Source of the DNA: a bacterium
GTDB taxonomy: Bacteria > Arandabacterota > Arandabacteria > Arandabacterales > JALGWA01
Direction: 5' to 3'
Length of the DNA: 10,259 nucleotides
NCBI GenBank assembly: GCA_050125095.1
Contig: JASFEA010000115.1
Coordinates: forward strand, 1 to 10,259
Below the pieces are notes generated by a model. That model did not search any database and was not told the origin of the DNA. It worked only from the letters and a program-made list of their open reading frames with translations. Position numbers and translations under genes: made by a program. Below, one piece after another: positions 1 to 6,753 of this stretch (position 1 is the first letter of the stretch; the number at the start of each line of letters is the position of its first letter).

Positions 1-968
1 GGATTAGCGTCGCGGGAGCTGTGGTAATCGGCGTTGGCAAGGATCTCATCCACCTCGGCCTGGCTGAGCCCGAGGGTCTCCGCGAGTGTCAAGAACTGGT
101 TGGAGCTCGATGTGTCCATGGGCGTCGGCGATCCCTGCACGTCGCTGGAGCCCCTCCTATCGACCTCGTCACCGGTGGTCATGATGCCCGGGACGCAGCC
201 CGTGCCGATGCAGTTGGTTCTTCCGGAGCAGTATTCGTAAACCATACACGCGGGAATCGTCGTGTCATAAGGAGTAAGGAAGCTGTGGTCATGGCCGCAG
301 ACCTCGACGTTTCCCCTGACATCAACGCCCTTGTCGCAGAAGAGGGCCGCGCGCGCATTGACGTTGATCGGATATCTTATTGCCTCGACGAGTATGTTTC
401 TTTCGGCATTGCCCCTCGTCCCGGCGAGCGTGATCACCTCTACCGGAGATCCCGTGGCGAAGTTCTCCGGAGGGAACTTGGAGGCGTCGTAAAACACGAT
501 CTCACCGCTCTCCCTCACGCCGTCGTCATCGAGGTCCTTCCACTTGTGCTCGATCGTTAGCGCCATGTCCAGGTCGGAATCCGAGCTGTACTCAAGCCAG
601 TCGGACTCCGGCTGAATGGTCACCGTATGGAACTCAGTCCCGCCCGGAGTGGGCTCCGACCCGGGCGTCGCAAGGAAGACTCTGACCTTCCAGTTGGGAT
701 CGATGGGCCTCGACGTGTCGGCAATCGCCGCGTTGATGCTGGAGCCGTTCACGTTCATGGTGGTCGGCCATGGAAGCGACAGCCTGTAGAGCGCCTCTTC
801 CACTCCTGCCTCGGCCACGTAGAGCGCCTGCACATCCTGCCTCTGGTTCCTGGAGATGTCTATGTCCGTCCTCGTCAATATGGCCATCCCGGAGCCCAGG
901 ACAAAGAGCGCCACCACAATGAGGATTGCGAACACCAGCGCCGCGCCATTCTCGTTCATACTGACCAT
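1..968 (-). CDS. pilX: PilX/GspK-like type IV minor pilin (PilX N-terminal domain); 3' end runs off the window (at least 322 aa)
   Basis: Manually translated; not in the ORF track. ATG at 968 follows SD-like GAGGTGAG overlapping the upstream stop, and the frame is open to position 1. Sequence MVSMNENG|AALVFAILIVVALFVLGSGMAILTRTDIDISRNQRQDVQALYVAEAGVEEALYRL shows a prepilin Gly cleavage site, no Glu+5 (typical of PilX/GspK) and the PilX_N-type ALYxAEAG motif. Fourth gene of a fimU-pilV-pilW series. Confidence 0.88.
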   Translation of the reverse strand, partial: MVSMNENGAALVFAILIVVALFVLGSGMAILTRTDIDISRNQRQDVQALYVAEAGVEEALYRLSLPWPTTMNVNGSSINAAIADTSRPIDPNWKVRVFLATPGSEPTPGGTEFHTVTIQPESDWLEYSSDSDLDMALTIEHKWKDLDDDGVRESGEIVFYDASKFPPENFATGSPVEVITLAGTRGNAERNILVEAIRYPINVNARAALFCDKGVDVRGNVEVCGHDHSFLTPYDTTIPACMVYEYCSGRTNCIGTGCVPGIMTTGDEVDRRGSSDVQGSPTPMDTSSSNQFLTLAETLGLSQAEVDEILANADYHSSRDAN

Positions 969-979
969 GTCAACTCACC

Positions 980-3919
980 TCAGTCTCTGAAGAACACGAC
1001 AACCTTGCCCTGGCTCAAGGAAGTCCTCGTGCCAACGGCTATATCCTGTTTCCAGTCTTTATTGAAATCATCGATGGTGAGGGTGATCACCTCTCCCACG
1101 TTGGGACTCGTCCACTCATTGCCGGATGAGGGCATGTACCCATAGCACTGGAAGACCTTGAGGGTCCCGGAGAAATCGGAGACTGTCCTCACGCCCACAG
1201 CTATGTCCGGATAGACATCTCTGTCGAAGTGGTCGACGCCGATACAGAGCACGTCGCCATTGATGTAGACCGTATCGGAGGGCTCATAGTATCCGAAGTA
1301 GTTGAGCTCTCCAAAGGTGCCGTCGCTGTTGTTGTGCCAGACCTCTACCATGCCCATCCCGGAGCCGGTTGATGTTCCGACTATAATGTCTAGATCGTCA
1401 TCCGAGTCCTCGCGCATGTCCGCGAGCACCAGGTCGTTTATCTCGCCGTACGTCTCTATGGTCGAGTGATACACGAACTTGCCGTTGGGGGCGCCGGCGT
1501 CCCTGAATATCTCAATGGCTCCCCAGCCCGCTCCCAGAGTCGTACCTGCCACAAAGTCCGGGGCCGGGCTGCCGACGAGCGTCCCCATGTCGACCGAGCG
1601 CACCTCGCCCAGGACATGCACTCCGGCCATGTCGTATACGTCGGACGCATCGCGGGTGAAGTTGCCTGCGCCGTCGCCGAACCATACTTCGGCTTTACCG
1701 TTGCCGCCCAGGAGCCTGGTCCCGATCACCGCGTCCAGCACACCGTCCGAATCGAGAAACGCAAGCTCGGCGTCCAGGATGTCACCCATGCCGCTAGATA
1801 TGAAGAAACTGTTGGGGAAGTCCGGGAGCTCGCCCTTGCTGCCGCCGCCCTGGGTGATCCATACAAGCGTCTTCCCCGTTGCCGAGGTCAGGCCCGAGAT
1901 AACGTCCTGGGTACCGTCATTGTTCAGGTCGCCGTGCGCGACCGAGAAAATGTCCTCCGCGGGAGTCCGGCTGTAGCTCGGGCTCTGGTCGAATATGCCC
2001 GAATTGGGCGTACTCGAGTTCTTCCACTTGTTGAACCAGATATTGAGATTGCTGACTCCCGTCGCGTATTTGGTACCGAGGATAATCTCTTTGTCGTTCT
2101 TATTGTCCTCGTTAAGATCGGCGGACGTAATGGACAGAGCGCGCTGCGTTTCGCCCAGTGTGATCACCGTGAAGCTCAGCTCCGACTCCAGAATATCGCC
2201 GAAGTTGACGATTGTGGTCGAGTCGGAACCCACGTGTACATTGGTCACATTGTTGATTGTAGTGGAAACGTAACCGCCGAGGTCCTCCTCCGTGACCGTA
2301 TAGGTGCCGGGAGAGACCGTGAAGGAATAAACCCCTTCCGCGTCCGTGAGGGTCGTGTCGCCCGTATTGAGACTCATCGTCACGCTGGCGATGCCCTCTT
2401 CGCCGCTGGTCAGAAGGCCGTCTTCATTCTCATCCAGATACACCGTGCCCGTGATGGTCCCGGTCTCATCCGCCGGCAGAAGACCGAACGCCACCATAAC
2501 CGTATCGCCTTCGTACTCGAGAGTACGGTCGACCGTGCTCGGGCCAACGGCGGCGTATCCTTCGGGCACATCCATGGTTATGGAGTATGTATTTACCGGC
2601 ACCAGCATCGAGAACATACCCGTGCTGGAAGTCGTATCGCGGTCGCCGGTGTTTAGGTATATTTCCACGTACGGCACGCCGAATCCTGTAGGTACGGGCG
2701 GATCGCCTTCTTCATAAAGGTCAACCCTGCCGATAATGGTGCCGTAACCGCCCATTGCGCGGTCGCCGAAGTTCGCCGTCACCGTTGATCCCTTTACGGC
2801 GTTCACAACAACCGCGTTCGGCGTTGTTGACGTATAACCGGTGGGATCGGTTTCGGTCACGGTATACGTTCCCGGGTCCACGCGGAAGCCGTAATAACCT
2901 CCGGCACCTGTCGTTCTCTTCATGCCATTGTTGAGCATAAGTAGCGCGCCGGACACGCCGGGCTCCCCGGTACCCTGAACGCCGTCGCCATTGAGATCGT
3001 CGAACACGACTCCGGTGATGATTGCCGAGCGGGAAGGCTCGTTCCTGACGTCGACTTCGGAGGCTATTATGGTCTCGCGGTACCCGTCATTGGCGTCATG
3101 ACGAATGTCCTGCGCCCGGGCCGTGCCTATCGCCGTGACGCCGACCTTCGTAATCCTGGGCAAATTCGTAGAGCTGACGGGGGTAAGCGACAAAATCTCC
3201 GACTGGCTGAGTTCCCCGTCGTTGTCGGAGTCGCCCCACAGTCGATCGGCCGTTGACCTGTCATCATCATGGTCGTACCAGTAAGTGAACAGCGGAGGCG
3301 GATAGTCACCGTCCGGGTAGGGCTCGGGGCCTCTGATCAGCGCAACCGGCCTGTTGGTCCCGCCGTTGGTTGACCCGTCATAGCCGTATACCTGCTTGAC
3401 CAGGAGGTAGTCGTACGGATTCCGTGTGCCCTCCATGTCATCATCGTACATATCCGAGGCGCTCACATAGCCGTCATTGTCGGAGTCCAGGGTGTACCTG
3501 ATAGTCTCGGCTCCGGTGTCATAGGTGCGCGTTGGGGTATAAAGCGCGGTACCCCCGGCCGGCACAGCCGAAGGGCTTGCGGAAGCGTCCATCGCCGCCG
3601 GGTAGCCCGGAGCGCTGCCGTCGTCCACCGCTGGTTCCACGTTGGCGTTGAAAATAATGTCATACGGAGCGGCATGCACTATGCCCTGCTGACCGTCTCC
3701 GTAGTCGATTTCGTAGCCGAGGGACCTTATGTCCTTGATGGGGAAGTCCACCGCCACGCGGGCGTTCTGCTGCGCCTCGGAATCTAGGTCGGCGAGCCTC
3801 GCCGTGCGACTCCCGCCCATGAGTATCTGCATAAGCGGAACGGCCAGAAGCGCCAGAATTGCGACGACTACAAGAGTCTCGATTACTGTAAACCCCTTCT
3901 CTCTGTTCTTTCCACGCAC
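980..3919 (-). CDS. Giant PilW-like minor pilin fused to 3 SdrD-B/Cna-B-like domains and a C-terminal FG-GAP/VCBS-repeat beta-propeller (979 aa)
   Basis: Class III signal REKG|FTVIETLVVVAIL, followed by PilW-type QQNARVAVD..KDIRSLGY. About aa 298-575 are three repeats of the form ITG.V..D.N.DG....GE.G...YTVTE..P.GY...NFGD. About aa 580-979 contain seven repeats resembling D(L/F)N.DG..D(I/V)..G. GTG start with AAGGGGA upstream. Confidence 0.9.
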   Translation of the reverse strand: MRGKNREKGFTVIETLVVVAILALLAVPLMQILMGGSRTARLADLDSEAQQNARVAVDFPIKDIRSLGYEIDYGDGQQGIVHAAPYDIIFNANVEPAVDDGSAPGYPAAMDASASPSAVPAGGTALYTPTRTYDTGAETIRYTLDSDNDGYVSASDMYDDDMEGTRNPYDYLLVKQVYGYDGSTNGGTNRPVALIRGPEPYPDGDYPPPLFTYWYDHDDDRSTADRLWGDSDNDGELSQSEILSLTPVSSTNLPRITKVGVTAIGTARAQDIRHDANDGYRETIIASEVDVRNEPSRSAIITGVVFDDLNGDGVQGTGEPGVSGALLMLNNGMKRTTGAGGYYGFRVDPGTYTVTETDPTGYTSTTPNAVVVNAVKGSTVTANFGDRAMGGYGTIIGRVDLYEEGDPPVPTGFGVPYVEIYLNTGDRDTTSSTGMFSMLVPVNTYSITMDVPEGYAAVGPSTVDRTLEYEGDTVMVAFGLLPADETGTITGTVYLDENEDGLLTSGEEGIASVTMSLNTGDTTLTDAEGVYSFTVSPGTYTVTEEDLGGYVSTTINNVTNVHVGSDSTTIVNFGDILESELSFTVITLGETQRALSITSADLNEDNKNDKEIILGTKYATGVSNLNIWFNKWKNSSTPNSGIFDQSPSYSRTPAEDIFSVAHGDLNNDGTQDVISGLTSATGKTLVWITQGGGSKGELPDFPNSFFISSGMGDILDAELAFLDSDGVLDAVIGTRLLGGNGKAEVWFGDGAGNFTRDASDVYDMAGVHVLGEVRSVDMGTLVGSPAPDFVAGTTLGAGWGAIEIFRDAGAPNGKFVYHSTIETYGEINDLVLADMREDSDDDLDIIVGTSTGSGMGMVEVWHNNSDGTFGELNYFGYYEPSDTVYINGDVLCIGVDHFDRDVYPDIAVGVRTVSDFSGTLKVFQCYGYMPSSGNEWTSPNVGEVITLTIDDFNKDWKQDIAVGTRTSLSQGKVVVFFRD
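983..2150 (-). repeat. Seven FG-GAP/VCBS-like repeats (probable 7-bladed beta-propeller)
   Basis: SADLNEDNKNDKEIILG, HGDLNNDGTQDVISG, AFLDSDGVLDAVIG, MGTLVGSPAPDFVAG, LADMREDSDDDLDIIVG, VDHFDRDVYPDIAVG and IDDFNKDWKQDIAVG recur at roughly 55-65 aa intervals. Confidence 0.8.
2195..3028 (-). repeat. Three tandem ~90-aa SdrD-B/Cna-B-like Ig repeats (about 2762-3028, 2480-2746, 2195-2465)
   Basis: Repeat 1 IITGVVFDDLNGDGVQGTGEPG...ANFGD; repeat 2 TIIGRVDLYEEGDPP...VAFGL (Ca-type loop degenerate); repeat 3 TITGTVYLDENEDGLLTSGEEG...VNFGD. Confidence 0.82.
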
Positions 3920-3937
3920 CTTAGATCATCCCCTTCT

Positions 3938-4321
3938 TCAGTCTCGCCTGAAACTAGCCAGGGTTACGGACCTAGTCTTGTCGCCGTGAGGATATGTCAC
4001 GGTCACCTCTATAGTTTTCAAGTCATTGGCCGGTGTATTGTCCGTTACAACCCACTGCCTGTTGAAGCTGCTTCGAATGGGATTGTCGGGGTCGTTGTGT
4101 GTGCCCGCCGTGAGGTCGGCGTGTGTGCCGTCCAGCTCAAGGAGGTCTTCCATTTTCTCCTGGGCGAAATCCGCCGCCGTTGTATGCATGCGGCTCTCGT
4201 TGAGACTGGCCATGCTTACAGGGAAAAGATTGGCAAGCCCAAGGAACGCGAAGCTTATGACCACGCATACGATCAGGAGTTCAACAAGCGTTATGCCTTT
4301 TTCATTCACGACCGACTTCAT
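3938..4321 (-). CDS. pilV: PilV-like type IV minor pilin (127 aa)
   Basis: NEKG|ITLVELLIVCVVI prepilin motif; AADFAQEKMEDL helix; C-terminal FNRQWVVTD...LKTIEVTVTY typical of PilV/GspI-like pilins; GGAGG RBS. Confidence 0.85.
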   Translation of the reverse strand: MKSVVNEKGITLVELLIVCVVISFAFLGLANLFPVSMASLNESRMHTTAADFAQEKMEDLLELDGTHADLTAGTHNDPDNPIRSSFNRQWVVTDNTPANDLKTIEVTVTYPHGDKTRSVTLASFRRD

Positions 4322-4357
4322 TGCTGATTGCCTCCATTGGGACGCAGAGACTTCGAT

Positions 4358-4882
4358 TTATCTATCACCGCCGCCTTCTTCGTAAGCAAATACCTCCGAG
4401 ATGTACACGAGACCCGTCGGCGCGCTCACATCCACACGCAACGCGTGACCGCTGCAGGCCAGCAGGACCAGTGACTGGGTCTCGCTCGCGGCCCCGCTCC
4501 CGTTGAACGTGATCTTGCTGTTCGTGAAACCGATGTCTGTGAAGGACACGTTATTGGGCAACTCATAGGGGCCGATCATGACTTCGCCGGCGTCGTATGT
4601 TGAATCACCGTCGGCGTCCTCATACGCCTGGAATGTTCCGGCGTCTTCATCGAACTCCACTATGACCGGCTTCGACGATGCGACCGCTCTTGATCTTGCC
4701 AGCTTCATCGTCGAGGATACCTCGCGGGTCGCGTTCATGAGCTTGGCGGTCTTCCTGCTCTTGTTGAAGGCTGGGAGCGAAAACGCCAGAATCACTGTGA
4801 ATATGGCGGCCACCACGAGGAGCTCAATCATCGAGAATCCTCGCTCACTTCTAAGACCCAGTTCCCCTGTCTTGTCCCTCAT
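4358..4882 (-). CDS. FimT/FimU/GspH-like minor pilin (174 aa from ATG 4882)
   Basis: SERG|FSMIELLVVAAIF prepilin motif; ATREVSSTMKLARSRAV and ITFNGSG GspH/FimT-type motifs. ATG 4882 is preferred over GTG 4891 because GAGGTGG lies 5 nt upstream of it. Confidence 0.87.
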   Translation of the reverse strand: MRDKTGELGLRSERGFSMIELLVVAAIFTVILAFSLPAFNKSRKTAKLMNATREVSSTMKLARSRAVASSKPVIVEFDEDAGTFQAYEDADGDSTYDAGEVMIGPYELPNNVSFTDIGFTNSKITFNGSGAASETQSLVLLACSGHALRVDVSAPTGLVYISEVFAYEEGGGDR

Positions 4883-4938
4883 TTCTACCACCTCTCGTCG
4901 GACAGATTATAGAATGCCATTAACTCGCCCCTTTACAC

Positions 4939-4955
4939 TGCAGATACCGTGCCCA
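4939..4955 (-). promoter_or_regulatory. Putative sigma54 (RpoN) -24/-12 promoter of the minor-pilin operon
   Basis: Minus strand reads TGGGCACGGTATCTGCA against consensus YTGGCACGNNNNTTGCW, with exact GG-N10-GC spacing. Predicted +1 near 4928, about 46 nt before ATG 4882. Confidence 0.7.
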
Positions 4956-5151
4956 TCGGGGAGTCAAACGTGGGTGCTATGACCTGTAAGAGAAGGCCGG
5001 GATCGGCCAGGAATAACGCGGATCCCGTCTCTTTCATCCAACTTCGTTTCAGATAATCCCTTAATGCCAGATCCGGCAAAGACAGCGGCATTTTGATAAG
5101 ACCTGTTAAAATTCGACCAGTGAATCCAGCAATTTCATATGCTTAAGAAAG

Positions 5152-5183
5152 TGCAATCTGCGAATGCCACATTGCAATATGCG
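5152..5183. promoter_or_regulatory. Direct repeat TGCAAT(C/A)TGCG x2 with 21-bp spacing, overlapping imperfect palindrome CACATTG/CAATATG; candidate regulator site
   Basis: Copies at 5152-5162 and 5173-5183; palindrome at 5168-5181; lies in an AT-richer divergent intergenic region. Confidence 0.4.
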
Positions 5184-5203
5184 GTCAAAGGGGGGCGACC
5201 GTG

Positions 5204-5233
5204 TTGAAACCCGCTTACGGGATATGGTATAAT
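5204..5233 (+). promoter_or_regulatory. Sigma70-type promoter with extended -10
   Basis: TTGAAA (5204-5209), 18-bp spacer, TGnTATAAT (TATAAT at 5228-5233), then RBS GGGAGGAGGTG and GTG at 5259. Confidence 0.7.
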
Positions 5234-5258
5234 TTAAACAGGGAGGAGGTGATAGTAC

Positions 5259-5642
5259 GTGACCAGAGTCCTGGCGGCGGGAATGGCCATTCTCCTGATT
5301 GTGGCATTCCTGCCCGTATACGCGCTCGCACAGGGAACCTCTTCATCGACGGAGCGTACCGAGTACGTGGCCGGAGATACGGAAGAGGAAGTAGTTGGCG
5401 GCCTGAGGCTTGCCAAGGGCAAGCATGGCAGGAAAATGTGGAGAGCGACCCGCTGGGTCGACCAGCTGTCCGGCGACAAGGCCAAGGTATTCGACTCATA
5501 CGGCATGCCGTCCAGCAGGTATCGCGAAGAAACCCTGGGCCGCGTTGAAGAAACCTGGACCTATCTCGAGCAGGGAATGGAGATAACCTTCCAGGGAGAT
5601 TCCATAATCAGGACCAAGAAGATAGCTCCAGCGACGCGCTAA
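5259..5642 (+). CDS. Secreted hypothetical protein (127 aa); C-terminal half resembles a SmpA/OmlA(BamE)/BLIP-like alpha-beta module
   Basis: Strong RBS and promoter; Sec signal MTRVLAAGMAILLIVAFLPVYALA|Q; pattern V..SYGMPS....ETWTY....ITFQGDSI. Confidence 0.72.
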   Translation: MTRVLAAGMAILLIVAFLPVYALAQGTSSSTERTEYVAGDTEEEVVGGLRLAKGKHGRKMWRATRWVDQLSGDKAKVFDSYGMPSSRYREETLGRVEETWTYLEQGMEITFQGDSIIRTKKIAPATR

Positions 5643-5696
5643 GCAACAAGGTCTCGCTCGTCCTCCATTGCTTGCCGCACAGGTCCCGGTCCGGGC

Positions 5697-5996
5697 TCAG
5701 CCCTGGAGCTTTTCTTTAACCGCCCGCTTCTTGCTCTCGATGGTCAGTTCCTTGTCGCGCCTTTCATCAATCGAAAGCGACGTAAGCACCCTTGCGGCCC
5801 CGCCTTCGAAGGCGGACTCGTGGACCTTCTTCATAAGGGCGAGTATGCTGTCCACGTCACCCTCCACTATGGTCGTCATGGCGGTGAGCTCATACTTGAG
5901 CCCGCTCTCGGCGACGATCCTGACCGCGCCGGCAACGTACTTGCTGATGCTGGCGCCGGTTCCGAACGGCAATACGGTCAGCTGGGCGACAGCCAT
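5697..5996 (-). CDS. MTH1187/YkoF-like (DUF77) thiamine-binding family protein (99 aa)
   Basis: MAVAQLTVLPFGTGASISKYVA...SGLKYELTAMTTIVEG...RVLTSLSIDERRDK matches the family pattern; AAGGAGG RBS; 25 nt downstream of the nitroreductase. Confidence 0.9.
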   Translation of the reverse strand: MAVAQLTVLPFGTGASISKYVAGAVRIVAESGLKYELTAMTTIVEGDVDSILALMKKVHESAFEGGAARVLTSLSIDERRDKELTIESKKRAVKEKLQG

Positions 5997-6021
5997 ATCG
6001 GGCCTCCTTGGCGTTTGCCTC

Positions 6022-6516
6022 TCAGTACTTCTCCCAGTGCAGTACGTCCGAGAGGTCTCGTTTCTCTTTTGCAGCCGGCTGCTCCGCCGGGTATCCGAGC
6101 GAGATCAGGCCGACCAGATTGTATCCTTCCGGCACACCGAGCATCTTCCGTACGGGTTCGCCGTAATCCTTTCCATAGCCGGCGACCCAGCATGTCCCCA
6201 GCCCGAAGGCATGGGCGGCCACCAGGATATTCTCAATAGCGGCTGAGCCGTCCTCCAGATAGTGCTTTACGGCCTTGGCATAAACGGCGACGCATACGCC
6301 GGACTGCGCGATGAATTTTCCCCAGTCCGTGAGCTCCGCGATACTCCGGCGCGTGCCGGCATCCGTTATGACGATAAATTCCCATGGCTGGATGTTGTTG
6401 GCGGTGGGCGCCAGCCTTGCCGTGTCTATGATTTCCTCGATTATCTCTTTGGGAACGGGCTTGTCTTCATAAACCCGCACGCTCCGCCGCCCCTTCAGGG
6501 CCTCAATGGCATCCAT
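6022..6516 (-). CDS. Nitroreductase family protein (164 aa, FMN-dependent)
   Basis: RRSVRVY, ARLAPTANNIQPWEF, DGSAAIENILVAAHAFGLGTCWV and ISLGYP motifs; GGGAGGTG RBS. Confidence 0.95.
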   Translation of the reverse strand: MDAIEALKGRRSVRVYEDKPVPKEIIEEIIDTARLAPTANNIQPWEFIVITDAGTRRSIAELTDWGKFIAQSGVCVAVYAKAVKHYLEDGSAAIENILVAAHAFGLGTCWVAGYGKDYGEPVRKMLGVPEGYNLVGLISLGYPAEQPAAKEKRDLSDVLHWEKY

Positions 6517-6548
6517 TATGTCACCTCCCGAGTCAGCTTTACCGCCTC

Positions 6549-6578
6549 ATCATAAACAGCGGAATCCGGGGGGCACAA
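6549..6578 (-). promoter_or_regulatory. Possible sigma70 promoter for the nitroreductase-MTH1187 operon
   Basis: Minus strand TTGTGC (6578-6573), 18-bp spacer, TATGAT (6554-6549), about 30 nt upstream of ATG 6516. Confidence 0.45.
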
Positions 6579-6648
6579 CATCTATTTCCCGGCGCATACT
6601 CCTGAGCAGTGCCTACTCCGCCGCAACGAGTACTCCCCGGTGAACTTC

Positions 6649-6675
6649 GGGCGGCGGGCATATGGCCCGCCGCCC
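6649..6675. terminator. Perfect 11-bp GC hairpin; possible terminator or RNA-stabilising stem downstream of the LTD gene
   Basis: GGGCGGCGGGC-ATATG-GCCCGCCGCCC; no clear U-tract on either strand. Confidence 0.4.
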
Positions 6676-6753
6676 TCATTCCAGCGACGCCGCGCCCTCG
6701 GCGGCGCCCGGCAACCGGCGGTTCCGGCTGGCCTCAGGTGGCACCGGGAACCG

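Noticed and set aside
21-1145. Plus-strand ORFs 21-560, 34-240 and 627-1145
   Set aside because: Antisense shadows of the pilX-like and giant pilin genes, with no recognisable motifs.
1456-4982. Alternative ORFs including 1466-2656 (+, 396 aa) and several short ones
   Set aside because: They overlap well-supported pilin genes; long antisense frames are expected in GC-rich coding DNA.
4988-5033. Interrupted inverted repeat AAGAGA..CGGGATC / GATCCCG-TCTCTT as a riboswitch or terminator
   Set aside because: It lies upstream of the predicted promoters of both divergent units, and I see no c-di-GMP or other riboswitch consensus.
6520-6753. TPP riboswitch upstream of the nitroreductase/thiamine-binding pair
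   Set aside because: The conserved TPP aptamer arrangement is not recognisable, and the hairpins lie upstream of the likely promoter.
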